Assembly: GCA_043803685.1 (NCBI GenBank)
Contig: JAZDJU010000117.1
Location: forward strand, 1-55,231
Direction: 5' to 3'
Length of the DNA: 55,231 bases
Origin: Candidatus Omnitrophota bacterium
GTDB lineage: Bacteria; Omnitrophota; Omnitrophia; Omnitrophales; Aquincolibacteriaceae
Below, one piece after another: positions 27,250 to 37,162 of this stretch. Each line of letters begins with the position of its first letter. Position 1 is the stretch's first letter. The notes under the pieces are model-generated. The model did not search any database. It was not told where the DNA came from and saw only the letters and a list, made by a program, of their open reading frames with translations. The position numbers and the translations under genes are program-made.

Positions 27250-28020
27250 ATGTCCAAACAAACATCTCCGAAAGATCCGCATAGCAAGACCTCCTTACGC
27301 AAAGCGCTTGGATTTCCGGTAAAGTCCGTCACGCCCTACCGGGCCGCGCTCTCGCATCCTTCCTTCCGGAATGAGAATTTCCATAAGACCCGGGAACTGG
27401 AGGACTTTGACCGCCTGGAATTCCTCGGAGATTCCATTTTAAACGAGGTGATCTGCCAGAAATTGTACGAGAAATTCCCCGAGGCCGACGAGGGCATGCT
27501 CTCCAAACTCCGTTCGATCCTCGTCTCTCAAAAGATCCTGGGGCGCATCGCACAGGAGATCAAACTTCAGCACGTCCTTCAGATCAGCAAAAGCCTGCGC
27601 CAGAATTTCAAGGAACTCCTCAAGGCCAAACTGCTTACGGACGCGCTCGAGGCCCTTTTCGCGGCGATCTATTTTGATCAGGGGCGCGCCCGGGTGGAAG
27701 TGTTCATCCTGAAACACTTTAAAAAATATTTTGATCCGAAGCTTCTTTTCCGGCTCGACCCGAACCCCAAAAGCACACTCCAGGAAATGACCTTGAAGAA
27801 ATGGCAGAAGCTCCCGGAATACACCTACGCCTTTTCTGAAAAAGGGGTCAAAACCACGGTGTCGGCAGGAGGAAGACGGAAGGCCTCGGTACTTCACAAG
27901 ATCAAACGGGAATCAGAAGTCCTGGCCGCACGAGCCTTGATCCGGAAACTCCGGAAAGAATTCAAGTGGGAAAAACCACGCACGCCGAGGCAAAAAAATA
28001 AGGGGACAGGCATTCACTGA
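27250..28020 (+). CDS. rnc: Ribonuclease III
   Basis: ALSHPS, RLEFLGDSIL, DALEALFAAIYFD, NPKSTLQE (dsRBD); start 27250 follows TTGATT-17-TATGGT. Confidence 0.9.
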   Translation: MSKQTSPKDPHSKTSLRKALGFPVKSVTPYRAALSHPSFRNENFHKTRELEDFDRLEFLGDSILNEVICQKLYEKFPEADEGMLSKLRSILVSQKILGRIAQEIKLQHVLQISKSLRQNFKELLKAKLLTDALEALFAAIYFDQGRARVEVFILKHFKKYFDPKLLFRLDPNPKSTLQEMTLKKWQKLPEYTYAFSEKGVKTTVSAGGRRKASVLHKIKRESEVLAARALIRKLRKEFKWEKPRTPRQKNKGTGIH

Positions 28021-28032
28021 TCGCCTGTCCCC
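28001..28032. repeat. REP-like hairpin GGGGACAGGC...GCCTGTCCCC between convergent genes
   Basis: 10-bp stem; same arms at 38826-38862. Confidence 0.65.
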
Positions 28033-28056
28033 CTCTTTAAGCTTGTTCCTTTTTTC

Positions 28057-30540
28057 TTACTCGGTCACGACCTCGTAGAGAAAATCCTTCACCTTGCCCT
28101 TGTGGATCTTTTCCGTCAATTCCGCGGCTTGTTCGGGAGCGGGTTTCATCTCGGGAGCCAGAAGGGATCCGGAAAAAAGCATCGGGACAGGCCCGAAGTG
28201 GGCTTTGGGCTCTTTCTTGATCGTGGAAGCCACGTTCGTGAGCAGTTCCGCCGCAATCTCATTGGCGAGGAACACATCCATTTTAAAATTCGCGAGTCCC
28301 GTGAAATCGAGCGTCCCTTCCCCATCGATAATGTAGTCCTGGCTCTTCACAAGCAGATTCCCGGTCGCGACTTTGCCTTCCGCGAGTTTCCAATTGAAAT
28401 CCATCGAATCAAAATCCTTCAGACTGGGCCGGGTCTCCTCAAGGCCCTGAAGAGGCTCGATCGTCAAAAGAGCGGCCTTGAGATCAAAGGTCGTGAACTT
28501 TCCGTTCCGGACCGTCCATTGCCCCTGACCCGAGAGGGACTTACTCCAGGATTCGGGTCCCCATCCCGTACCCGTCACAGAACCCTTGAGGTCCAGCGTT
28601 CCCTCGAAAACTCTTTTCGCGGGGTCCTGACGGCCCAGGAAAAGGCCGAGGTCCACGCCACGAAATTCACCGTCGAGTCCATAACCGGGCTCCTTGCTGC
28701 TAAGATCCCATTTCCCCTTGAGGTCCGCTTTCCCGCCGTAGCTCTCAAATTGGAGGGCCGGCACATTCCACACATTTCCTTCGTTAAGGAGTTCGGCCGA
28801 AACATTTTTGAGGACCTGACCTTTGGGGAAAACGACCTGGATGAATTCCTTCAATCGACCCAAAACATCTTCCCCGGCGCCTTCGCTTTTATGTTTCCAA
28901 AGAGCCGTGACCGCCTCCCAGGTTTCCAGGGGTTTTAACGCTTCCGAAGAGATCTTTGCGGCGACCTTCGTTTGTTCAGGGAATCCAGAGATCTTGAGAT
29001 CCGCCACGGCCGTTGAGCCGCCGATCTCGAATTGCATCTGCCGACCCTCGAGCATCAGGGGACTGTAATCCAGCGAAAGCGAAACGTTGCGCACCCCGGG
29101 ACCTTCCGGAAGCGTCCAAGAGACCTTGTCGAACGAGAGATTAAAAATGTGTTCGGTTTTTTCCAGTTTGCGCAGATCCCCTCGCCAGTTCGACATCAGC
29201 TTGGCGTCACCCGCCAACTGGTAACCCTGAAGTACTGGAATATATTGCTCCCAACCGGCCAAGGAGAACTTGTTGGTGATCAGATTGAGCTGTCCCTCTC
29301 CACTCTTCATGTTGAGATCCTTCAGATTCCCCTTCATGCTCATTTCCTTGAACTTGACGGCAAAATCCCCGCCGATCGTCGCGCCTTTCTGAAGGAGAAA
29401 ATCAACGCTCAGGTCCAACGGAACATCCTTGGGCTTGGTGAAATACTGTTTGTAGGAAAGAAGCACCTGAGCAAGGTCCCAGGCAAAATGAAACGACAGG
29501 TGGTCCAAGGTCCCTTCCATCGAAAGGACCCATTTCCCTGGGCCGGAAAATCCGATATCGAACGGAAGCGCCTTTTCGATACCCGGTAAATATTTCAAAA
29601 GGTCCTCAAGCGCCATCTGCGAACCCTCCGCGTGTACGCCGCTGATCTCTCCGGTGTTAAGCTTCATGCTCCCGTTCATTCCGATCTCCCCGAACGGGAG
29701 CTTCACGAGCGCTTTATGAAATTTTAACTCGGTGGTATCGTTGTTCCACGCAGCCGTCGCGTTCCATGCGGCGTCGAACGCGGGCGCCGCGACCCAGGCG
29801 TCCCCCTGCGAAACCTCATAGCTCAGACCTTGCCCTGTCCCGGTCGCAGTCAGTTCTAGAAAAGCCTCGTTCGCCTTTTTCCGGATCTCCAGGGTCGTGT
29901 CGATCTCCCCTCCCTTGAAAAAGACGGTCTTCTTGGGATCCGGCACGAGCCCCTTAGCCGCGTCCCCCAGAGACAGCTGTTTCATCTCAATAAGCATATA
30001 CCCGCTCGCCTTTTCCCAATTCCACTCCTCAACGGAATCGAGAACCACATTCCCCTTCACCACGACCGTTTTCGGCTTCCCAACCACCTCCGCGCTGAAA
30101 TGGAACGGGATGGGGATCTTGGGCTGAACCGCGCCCACCTCCAGCGAGAAATTCTCGAAATGCACCGGATTTAAAAAAGCGAGTCCCGGGATGGAAAACT
30201 CCGCTTTACCGGATTGAACATAAAAAGCCGCAGGTTCCACCCGCCCGAAAAGAAGAGGCAAAATATTAAAATCGAACCGGAGCTTCTTCGCCTCGACAGT
30301 CAGGGAGTGTTCGGGGAGGACCCATTGCACGCGATCAAACGAGATCGAGGGTTGTGGGAAATAGTTGGCTTGAACGTTCGCGTACTTGAGCGTCCCTTCA
30401 GTGAGCGCTTGTACTTTCTGGATCAGAGATTCATGGAGTTTTTCGGAGAGAAGAAGACGATGAGCCTGGAACCAGAGACCCGCGACAAATAAAACAAGGA
30501 GGAGAATGGCCGACAGCAGGAACGCCTGGCTTTTTTTCAT
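28057..30540 (-). CDS. AsmA-family envelope protein
   Basis: N-terminal TM anchor, long beta-rich body, AsmA-like C-terminus (SLSGQGQWTVRNG...IDGEGTLDF). Confidence 0.65.
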   Translation of the reverse strand: MKKSQAFLLSAILLLVLFVAGLWFQAHRLLLSEKLHESLIQKVQALTEGTLKYANVQANYFPQPSISFDRVQWVLPEHSLTVEAKKLRFDFNILPLLFGRVEPAAFYVQSGKAEFSIPGLAFLNPVHFENFSLEVGAVQPKIPIPFHFSAEVVGKPKTVVVKGNVVLDSVEEWNWEKASGYMLIEMKQLSLGDAAKGLVPDPKKTVFFKGGEIDTTLEIRKKANEAFLELTATGTGQGLSYEVSQGDAWVAAPAFDAAWNATAAWNNDTTELKFHKALVKLPFGEIGMNGSMKLNTGEISGVHAEGSQMALEDLLKYLPGIEKALPFDIGFSGPGKWVLSMEGTLDHLSFHFAWDLAQVLLSYKQYFTKPKDVPLDLSVDFLLQKGATIGGDFAVKFKEMSMKGNLKDLNMKSGEGQLNLITNKFSLAGWEQYIPVLQGYQLAGDAKLMSNWRGDLRKLEKTEHIFNLSFDKVSWTLPEGPGVRNVSLSLDYSPLMLEGRQMQFEIGGSTAVADLKISGFPEQTKVAAKISSEALKPLETWEAVTALWKHKSEGAGEDVLGRLKEFIQVVFPKGQVLKNVSAELLNEGNVWNVPALQFESYGGKADLKGKWDLSSKEPGYGLDGEFRGVDLGLFLGRQDPAKRVFEGTLDLKGSVTGTGWGPESWSKSLSGQGQWTVRNGKFTTFDLKAALLTIEPLQGLEETRPSLKDFDSMDFNWKLAEGKVATGNLLVKSQDYIIDGEGTLDFTGLANFKMDVFLANEIAAELLTNVASTIKKEPKAHFGPVPMLFSGSLLAPEMKPAPEQAAELTEKIHKGKVKDFLYEVVTE

Positions 30541-30614
30541 GACTCCTGATCTCTCGCTGGCACTGCGTCGATATTTATTTTACGGATCTGAAGTGCCGTA
30601 CCGTGTTCCCGTAG

Positions 30615-30785
30615 AAATGAATATGAAACGGTGCTGGGACCGCGCCCCCCGAGAACCTCTGGATCAAACCCAGGAGAATACCCCGGCACGGCTTGCGCCG
30701 GAAAAACTCGGGAGCACTGCGATCATTGGTTCGAATTCAACGGCAACGCACCCACCGGGTTGTAGCTATAGTCATCCATGAAACC
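30615..30785 (-). ncRNA. ssrS: Candidate 6S RNA (ends approximate)
   Basis: Rod-like pairing on the minus strand: CGGTG/CACCG, GAACC/GGTTC, apical CCGGC..GCCGG; 3' CTCCTGG-GTTTGAT-CCAGAGGTTC resembles the 6S 3' bubble hairpin. Confidence 0.45.
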
Positions 30786-30929
30786 CTGACATCCGGCTAG
30801 AACGAAGAAAAGTGCGAGAAGAAAAAACCCGAGAACAAGCGACCGCCCGAACTTTTTACTCTTTTCCATATGGCAGTTTGGACGGCCCCAATTTCAACAA
30901 GGTTGAAATTGAAATGCATTTAGACCGCA

Positions 30930-31331
30930 TTAACGCTTGGTATACTGGAAGCTTCTGCGAGCGCCCTTGCGACCCGGTTTCTTTCTTTCCTTTTTCCTTG
31001 GGTCACGGGTCATGAAACCGCCCTTGCGCATGGTCGAACGCATTTCGGGATTGAGGCCCACGAGCGCGCGAGCGATCCCGAGTTGGATGGCACCGGCCTG
31101 GCCGGCCACGCCGCCCCCTTCCACGCGGGCGCGAACACGCACCTGCCCGAGAAGATTGGCGGATTTGAGCGGTTGCTCGACAAGCATTTGAAGGTTCGCG
31201 CGTTTCAGATACTTCGCGGAATCCTGTCCGTTCACCATGAATCCCTTTTGTCCCGGGAAAACCCACACGCGGGCAATGGCAGTTTTACGGCGGCCGGTAG
31301 CATACATCAGTGTCGCAGGAGCGGTGGTCAT
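30930..31331 (-). CDS. rpsI: 30S ribosomal protein S9
   Basis: GRRKTAIARV, GGGVAGQAGA, RDPRKKERKK, QYTKR. Confidence 0.98.
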   Translation of the reverse strand: MTTAPATLMYATGRRKTAIARVWVFPGQKGFMVNGQDSAKYLKRANLQMLVEQPLKSANLLGQVRVRARVEGGGVAGQAGAIQLGIARALVGLNPEMRSTMRKGGFMTRDPRKKERKKPGRKGARRSFQYTKR

Positions 31332-31336
31332 ACGGA

Positions 31337-31765
31337 TTAAACCTCGATCTTAATGGGTTGTTGCGACTTATTCCGGTGTTCGGCACCGGGATAAACACGC
31401 AGTCTTTTGAGCATCACATCGCCGATCCGGTTCTTGGGAAGCATGCGCTTGACGGCACGCATGATGATCTCCGCCGGATTCTTTTCCATGAGCTGTTCGT
31501 AGGTATAAGTCTTTAAACCGCTGGAAAAGCCGGTGTAATGAGTATAGATCTTATCTTCTTTCTTATTGCCCGTCACATGGACCTTCTTGGCATTGATCAC
31601 GATGACCTGGTCCCCGGTCAATTTGTCCGGCATGAAGCAGGTCTTGCCTTTGCCGATCAATAGGGAGGCGATCTTGGTCGACATCCGTCCGAGGGTTTTC
31701 CCGTCGGCGTCGATCAAATAGGTCTTCCGCGCAATATCTTTGTCCGTAGGGATAAAAGTCTTCAT
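31337..31765 (-). CDS. rplM: 50S ribosomal protein L13
   Basis: IDADGKTLGR, GDQVIVINA, AVKRMLPKN. Confidence 0.98.
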   Translation of the reverse strand: MKTFIPTDKDIARKTYLIDADGKTLGRMSTKIASLLIGKGKTCFMPDKLTGDQVIVINAKKVHVTGNKKEDKIYTHYTGFSSGLKTYTYEQLMEKNPAEIIMRAVKRMLPKNRIGDVMLKRLRVYPGAEHRNKSQQPIKIEV

Positions 31766-31926
31766 AATCTTCTTTTCTGTTTAGTACCGTTCTCTATTCA
31801 ATTTTAGGGTTAACGGTACAACACTGCGAACCTTCAGATTAATATCAACGCAGTGTTAGTTTGGAACAGGTAGTCGGAAAGGCGAGAAACCTTCTTGCGA
31901 CTCAAAATACCCTGAAAAGTCTGCGG

Positions 31927-31955
31927 AGTATAACAAAAACCTCTCGGGGTGTCAA
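31927..31955 (-). promoter_or_regulatory. rplM-rpsI promoter
   Basis: TTGACA-17 nt-TATACT. Confidence 0.8.
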
Positions 31956-32001
31956 ACTTTTACCTTTTTTTTATTCCGGGTTCCCATTTCCCCCAGTCCC
32001 T

Positions 32002-32745
32002 TCAATAACTGGCCTTAATGAGGGTCAGCCCTTCGGCGGGAGCGGTCATGCCGGCTAAACGCCGGTCTTTGGCCTTGAGAATAGCGACTATATCACCCGG
32101 CTTTCGTTTCCCTCGCCCCACCTCCAGAAGCGTTCCGACCATGTTCCGGATCATATGGTAAAGAAAGCCGTCGGCTTCCACGCGCATGAGGATAAGAGGG
32201 CCTTGGCGCTTGAGCTGGAAACGCTTGATCGTTCGAACGCAGGAACTTCCCTTCTTTATGGCAGACACGGAAGTGAAGGATCGAAAGTCATGTTTTCCGA
32301 TAAAAGCCTTGGCCGCCTTCCTCATTGCGACAAAGTTCAGAGAATACGGAACATGAAAGGAGCGGCCCGCGACAAGGGGCGAACGGCAGGAATGGTTCCA
32401 GAGCCGGTATTCATAAACTTTGGAACGAACGCTGTAGCGGGCGTGAAAATCGAACGGAACTTCCTCGATCTCTTTGACGACTACAGGAGGCGGCAGAAGC
32501 GCGTTCAGCCCTTTTTGGATCTGTCTCAGTTCGTGGGAACTCGAGGTCTTGAAGTTCACGACCTGGCCTTCGGCATGAACGCCGGTGTCCGTGCGGCCGC
32601 TCGCGGCCGCGATCTTCATCTTATGGTCAAAAAACCCGGAGAGGGCTTTTTCCAACACTTCCTGGATCGTCGAACGACCGGGCTGTTTTTGGAAACCGGA
32701 GAATGTCGCTCCGTCGTATTCGAGAACGAGTTTGATATTTCTCAT
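32002..32745 (-). CDS. truA: tRNA pseudouridine(38-40) synthase
   Basis: EYDGATFSGFQ, SGRTDTGVHA, FLYHMIRNMVG; start ATG 32745. Confidence 0.96.
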   Translation of the reverse strand: MRNIKLVLEYDGATFSGFQKQPGRSTIQEVLEKALSGFFDHKMKIAAASGRTDTGVHAEGQVVNFKTSSSHELRQIQKGLNALLPPPVVVKEIEEVPFDFHARYSVRSKVYEYRLWNHSCRSPLVAGRSFHVPYSLNFVAMRKAAKAFIGKHDFRSFTSVSAIKKGSSCVRTIKRFQLKRQGPLILMRVEADGFLYHMIRNMVGTLLEVGRGKRKPGDIVAILKAKDRRLAGMTAPAEGLTLIKASY

Positions 32746-32751
32746 GATCGC

Positions 32752-32816
32752 TCCACGTGCCAAGGGCCACGGGCCAAGATAGTCTTGTGTGGAACGTGGT
32801 ACGTGGCTCGTGGCTC
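32752..32816. repeat. Heptamer-periodic inverted repeat element E10 (CCACG / CGTGG units)
   Basis: CCA(C/A) at 32753, 32760, 32767, 32774; GTGG at 32789, 32796, 32803, 32810; abuts the asd stop. Confidence 0.87.
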
Positions 32817-33822
32817 AGCTTGCAAAAGCAAGCTCGGCGATCTGCACCGCGTTCAGGGCCGCGCCCTTACGGATCTGGTCGCCGGAAACGAACATCGCAA
32901 GACCGTTCGTCGCCGTCGGGTCTTCACGCAATCGGCCGACAAGGATGTCATCCTGTCCGGTCGCTTCAAGCGGCATGGGGAAATAATTCTTCTCGCGATC
33001 ATCGATTACCTTGACGCCGGCGGCCTTGGAAAGCAATTGGCGCGCCTCGTCAACCGAGATCTTCTTTTCGGTCTCGATGAAAAGCGCCTCAGAATGCGCG
33101 CGCAACACCGGCACGCGAACGCAGGTCGCGGTCACGCGGATCTCCGCGGCGTGGAAGATCTTCTGGGTCTCTTTCACCATCTTGGTCTCTTCCTCGCAAT
33201 AACCGTCGGGACCGATCTTGGAATTATGCGAGAACACATTGAACGCGATCTGGTGCGGCAGGACCTTTTTCTGAACAGGTTTTCCGGCCAGAAAATCCTG
33301 GGCCTGGATCTTGAGCTCTTCCATGGCCTTGGCGCCGGCGCCGCTCGCGGCCTGATAGGTCGCGGCGACAATGCGCTTGATCTTCGCGACCTTGTGGATC
33401 GGGAAAAGCGGCACAAGCATGATAATGGTCGAGCAGTTCGGGTTCGCGATGATGCCTTTGTGCTTGGCGATATCCTCGGGATTGATCTCCGGGATCACGA
33501 GCGGGATCGCGGGGTCCATGCGGAACGCGCTTGTGTTATCCACCATAAGCGCGCCGGATTTCACAATGTGCGGCGCAAGTTCGCGGCTGATCGCTCCGCC
33601 CGCGCTCGAGAGCACCAGGTCCAGACCTTTAAAGGAATCGGGCGTGGCTTCCGCGACATGATAACTCTTTCCCATGAATTCGATCTTTTTTCCAGCCGAA
33701 CGCCCCGAGGCCAAAAGCCTCAGCTCTTCGATCGGAAAATTCCGTTCTTTTAATAGCTCAAGAAATTCCTGCCCCACCGCGCCCGTGACACCCAATATTG
33801 CAACCTTAAGCTTCTTTGCCAT
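32815..33822 (-). CDS. asd: Aspartate-semialdehyde dehydrogenase
   Basis: GVTGAVG, DNTSAFRM, IANPNCST, CVRVPVLRAHSE, KGAALNAVQIAE. Confidence 0.97.
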   Translation of the reverse strand: MAKKLKVAILGVTGAVGQEFLELLKERNFPIEELRLLASGRSAGKKIEFMGKSYHVAEATPDSFKGLDLVLSSAGGAISRELAPHIVKSGALMVDNTSAFRMDPAIPLVIPEINPEDIAKHKGIIANPNCSTIIMLVPLFPIHKVAKIKRIVAATYQAASGAGAKAMEELKIQAQDFLAGKPVQKKVLPHQIAFNVFSHNSKIGPDGYCEEETKMVKETQKIFHAAEIRVTATCVRVPVLRAHSEALFIETEKKISVDEARQLLSKAAGVKVIDDREKNYFPMPLEATGQDDILVGRLREDPTATNGLAMFVSGDQIRKGAALNAVQIAELAFAS

Positions 33823-33854
33823 AAAAAACCTTTCTTAATTGAATGGATTGAAAA

Positions 33855-34925
33855 TTATTGAAGTCTTTCCGTGACCAATTCGCCCATTTTGGAGCAGCTG
33901 ACCTTGGTCGTACCTTCGGAATAAATATCCGCGGTCCGATAACCGTCCTCAAGCGTTTTCGCGACCGCTTGCTCGACCGCCTGCGCGGCTTTCGACTGAT
34001 CAAAACTGAATTCGAGCATCATCGCCACCGATAGGATCGTGGCCAGAGGATTCCCCATATCTTTGCCCGCAATGTCCGGCGCGGAACCGTGCACCGGTTC
34101 ATAGAGAGCCACTTTGTCTCCGAGTGACGCGGACGGCAACATCCCGATCGACCCGGTCAGCATCGCCGCCTCGTCACTTAGGATGTCTCCGAACAGATTG
34201 CTCGTCACGATCACGTCGAACTGCTTGGGGTCCCGGACAAGCTGCATCGCGCAATCATCCACGTAGCGGTGGTTGAGCGTGATCTCCGGATAATCTTTAT
34301 GCACCGCCATCACGACCTTGCGCCAGAGCTGGCTCACCTCAAGCACATTGGCTTTGTCAACCGACGTCACGACCTTGCGACGTTTTTTTGCCATCTCAAA
34401 AGCCATACGCGCGATCCGTTCGATCTCAGGTGTCGTGTAGCTCATCGTATTGAAACCACGCTCCGTCCCGTCGGGAAGTTTCTCGATCCCCCGCGGGGTC
34501 CCGAAATAAACGCCGCTCACGAGTTCGCGCAGGATCAAAAAATCCAGCCCCCGGACCACTTCTTCCTTAAGGGACGAACGGAAAACAAGTTGCGGGAACA
34601 TTTTGACCGGCCTTAAATTCGCGAAAGCGTTCAATCCCTTGCGGAGTCCCAAAAGCCCTTTTTCCGGACGCTTGTCCGAAGGCAGGTTGTCCCATTTCGG
34701 ACCGCCTACAGCGCCGAGGAATACAGCGTCCGACTTTTGTGCCTTGAGAAGCGCTTCGGGCGTGAGCGGCACGCCGTGTTTGTCGATCGACGCTCCGCCA
34801 GCGAGCAGATCTTCGATCTCAAATTTCAAATTTGAGATCTTTTCGATCTTACGCAGGACCCGCATCGCCTGCATGGTGACTTCAGGCCCGATCCCGTCTC
34901 CTGGGAAAACAACAATATTTCTCAT
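33855..34925 (-). CDS. leuB: 3-isopropylmalate dehydrogenase
   Basis: [38 protein letters not shown]; start ATG 34925. Confidence 0.96.
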   Translation of the reverse strand: MRNIVVFPGDGIGPEVTMQAMRVLRKIEKISNLKFEIEDLLAGGASIDKHGVPLTPEALLKAQKSDAVFLGAVGGPKWDNLPSDKRPEKGLLGLRKGLNAFANLRPVKMFPQLVFRSSLKEEVVRGLDFLILRELVSGVYFGTPRGIEKLPDGTERGFNTMSYTTPEIERIARMAFEMAKKRRKVVTSVDKANVLEVSQLWRKVVMAVHKDYPEITLNHRYVDDCAMQLVRDPKQFDVIVTSNLFGDILSDEAAMLTGSIGMLPSASLGDKVALYEPVHGSAPDIAGKDMGNPLATILSVAMMLEFSFDQSKAAQAVEQAVAKTLEDGYRTADIYSEGTTKVSCSKMGELVTERLQ

Positions 34926-34979
34926 AATGTCTCTCTCGCGTGAGGGGTTGGGTGCCCGGCAAGGCACTAGGGATTTTTT

Positions 34980-36452
34980 TTAGATCTTCTCGGTCTTAAT
35001 GGGACGGCGCTTCACCGACTCGTAAAGTTTCTCGTATTTCTTGGCTGAGGCATCCCAGGAAAAATCGCTTCCCATGGCATTCTTCATCAGCGCCTTCCAT
35101 AGCTTCTCCTGCTTAAAGATCTTGACCGAGCGAAGAAGGACCGTGTGCAAGGCTTCGCTCGTGTAATCCTCGAAAAGGAATCCGTTCCCTTTTTGAGAAA
35201 CAGGCTCAAAGTTCTGAATGGTGTCCGCCAACCCTCCTGTCGCGCGAACGACCGGGATCGAACCAAAACGAAGTCCGATGATCTGCCCCAACCCGCAGGG
35301 CTCGTAATGCGAAGGAATGAGCATCATATCGGAGCCCGCGTAGATCCTCTTGGCCATCTTGGGATCAAAGAGGATATGCACTCCGAACCATTTCTTATTC
35401 TTTTTCGCGAAGTCCCGGAGGACCTGATGATACTGGTCTTCCCCTGTCCCGAGGATCACCATTTGGACGTCCTGCTGCTGGGAAAGCTGCTCTAACACCG
35501 GGACCAGAATATCCAATCCTTTTTGGTCCACAAGGCGCGCCACAAAACCAAGGAGCGGAATGCTCGGATCCACCTTGAAATTATGTTCTTTCTGAAGAGC
35601 CGCCTTGCTAAGTTTCTTTCCGGAAAGATCCTTAAGATCGTACTTCGCGTCAATATCCGCGTCCGTCGCCGGGTCCCAATCCTTCGGGTCGATCCCGTTA
35701 ATGATCCCGGTCACGCTGTCCTTGCGCGCGGCAAGCACGCCTTCCATGCCGCACCCGAGTTCCTTCGTCTGGATCTCCCGGCTGTAGCGCTCGCTCACCG
35801 TCGTTACGGCGTCGGCGAACACAAGCCCGCCCTTCAAGAAACTGAACTTACCGTAGAACTCCAGAAGATCGGGCTTGTAGAATTCCCAGCCTAAGCCCGT
35901 TGCGGGAAAAGAATCGGGGGGGAAATTCCCCTGATACGCGAGATTGTGGATCGTGAACACGCTTCGCGCCTTTCGCAAAGACGCGGAGCTTATTTCCGGG
36001 GTCTTGAGATAGGCCGGAACAAGACCGGTCTGCCAATCATGACAATGAACAATGTCCGGAGCGAGTTTGAGTTTTTCGGCGGCCTTGAGCGCGGCCCGTT
36101 GGAAATAAGTGAAACGGCGGTCGTTGTCCTGGTAATCCCCGACAAGCGTCCCGTAAAGTTCTTCGCGCATGAAATAATCGGGATGCTCGATGAAATAGAC
36201 TTTGACCCCGCTGTCGAGCTTCTTTAAAAAAACACGCGTGGCCTCGAGTTGGTTCCCGATGATCAACTCAAAATAATCGATCGCGGTTTCAAGCTCCAAC
36301 TTCTGGATATCCACCGAACGGTAACGAGGCAGGAAGACCGACACTTCGTGGCCCAACGCGCGGACCGCGCCGGCAAGGGAGCCGACAACGTCCCCCAAGC
36401 CCCCTGTCTTGGCGAAGGGGGCCATTTCGGAACTAAGGAAAAGGATCTTCAA
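34980..36452 (-). CDS. glgA: Glycogen synthase
   Basis: KTGGLGDV, HCHDWQTG, TIHNLAYQG, PSHYEPCGL; TTG start. Confidence 0.95.
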   Translation of the reverse strand: MKILFLSSEMAPFAKTGGLGDVVGSLAGAVRALGHEVSVFLPRYRSVDIQKLELETAIDYFELIIGNQLEATRVFLKKLDSGVKVYFIEHPDYFMREELYGTLVGDYQDNDRRFTYFQRAALKAAEKLKLAPDIVHCHDWQTGLVPAYLKTPEISSASLRKARSVFTIHNLAYQGNFPPDSFPATGLGWEFYKPDLLEFYGKFSFLKGGLVFADAVTTVSERYSREIQTKELGCGMEGVLAARKDSVTGIINGIDPKDWDPATDADIDAKYDLKDLSGKKLSKAALQKEHNFKVDPSIPLLGFVARLVDQKGLDILVPVLEQLSQQQDVQMVILGTGEDQYHQVLRDFAKKNKKWFGVHILFDPKMAKRIYAGSDMMLIPSHYEPCGLGQIIGLRFGSIPVVRATGGLADTIQNFEPVSQKGNGFLFEDYTSEALHTVLLRSVKIFKQEKLWKALMKNAMGSDFSWDASAKKYEKLYESVKRRPIKTEKI

Positions 36453-36473
36453 CGGAACTAAGCGCGCGCGATT

Positions 36474-36779
36474 TTACTTCGCGATTTCGATCACGCAGTT
36501 CCAGCTGCCGAAGGCGTTAGGAACGCATTCGACCGGTTCTTGGGCGTTCTGCCAAGCTCCGTCCACGAGGTAGCGATACTGGTAACGTCCCTTCTTGAGC
36601 TTCAGGGAGGTCTTCCAGTTGCCGCTCGCGTCTTTTTTGAGAGGGTTTTTGTCCGATTTCCAGTTGTTAAAATCGCCGCCCAGCTCGACCTTTTTGGCCA
36701 GAGGCGCGTAAAATTGAAAATCCTGGGTTTTATCGGCAGTCACGGAGCCGGAACAACATTTTGTCGTCATCTTTGCCAT
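36474..36779 (-). CDS. Stand-alone glycogen-binding (CBM48/AMPK-beta-like) domain protein
   Basis: APLAKKVELGGDFNNW...GRYQYRYLVDGAW...NAFGSWN; upstream of glgA. Confidence 0.85.
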   Translation of the reverse strand: MAKMTTKCCSGSVTADKTQDFQFYAPLAKKVELGGDFNNWKSDKNPLKKDASGNWKTSLKLKKGRYQYRYLVDGAWQNAQEPVECVPNAFGSWNCVIEIAK

Positions 36780-36861
36780 GGTAAACTCCTTTTTCTTTTA
36801 CTGGGTGATCCGAGCACGAAAGAAAATTGCAGCGGCGAAATTATATATCAGAAAAAACAGC

Positions 36862-36889
36862 TTGCCAAGAAACATCTCCTCACTATAAT
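36862..36889 (+). promoter_or_regulatory. rpmB promoter (near-leaderless)
   Basis: TTGCCA-16 nt-TATAAT, 9 nt before ATG 36899. Confidence 0.7.
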
Positions 36890-36898
36890 AGCCGGCCT

Positions 36899-37162
36899 AT
36901 GAGAACATGTGCCATCTGCAAAAAGAAACCTTTAACGGGTAATTCGATCGTACGTCGCGGTCTTGCGAAAAAGACCGGCGGTATCGGTAAGAAGATCTCC
37001 GGTATCACGCGCCGCCGCTTCTTCCCCAACATTCAGAAGGTCAAAGTCCTCTTTCTGAACGGGACGGTGCGCCGCATTAACGTTTGCGTTAGCTGCCTGA
37101 AGGCCGGAAAAGTCAAGAAAGCTCCTTCCCGTCGTTCTTACACCCCCGCCCCTGCTGTTTAA
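36899..37162 (+). CDS. rpmB: 50S ribosomal protein L28
   Basis: CAICKK...TRRRFFPNIQKV...VCVSCLKAGK. Confidence 0.93.
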   Translation: MRTCAICKKKPLTGNSIVRRGLAKKTGGIGKKISGITRRRFFPNIQKVKVLFLNGTVRRINVCVSCLKAGKVKKAPSRRSYTPAPAV

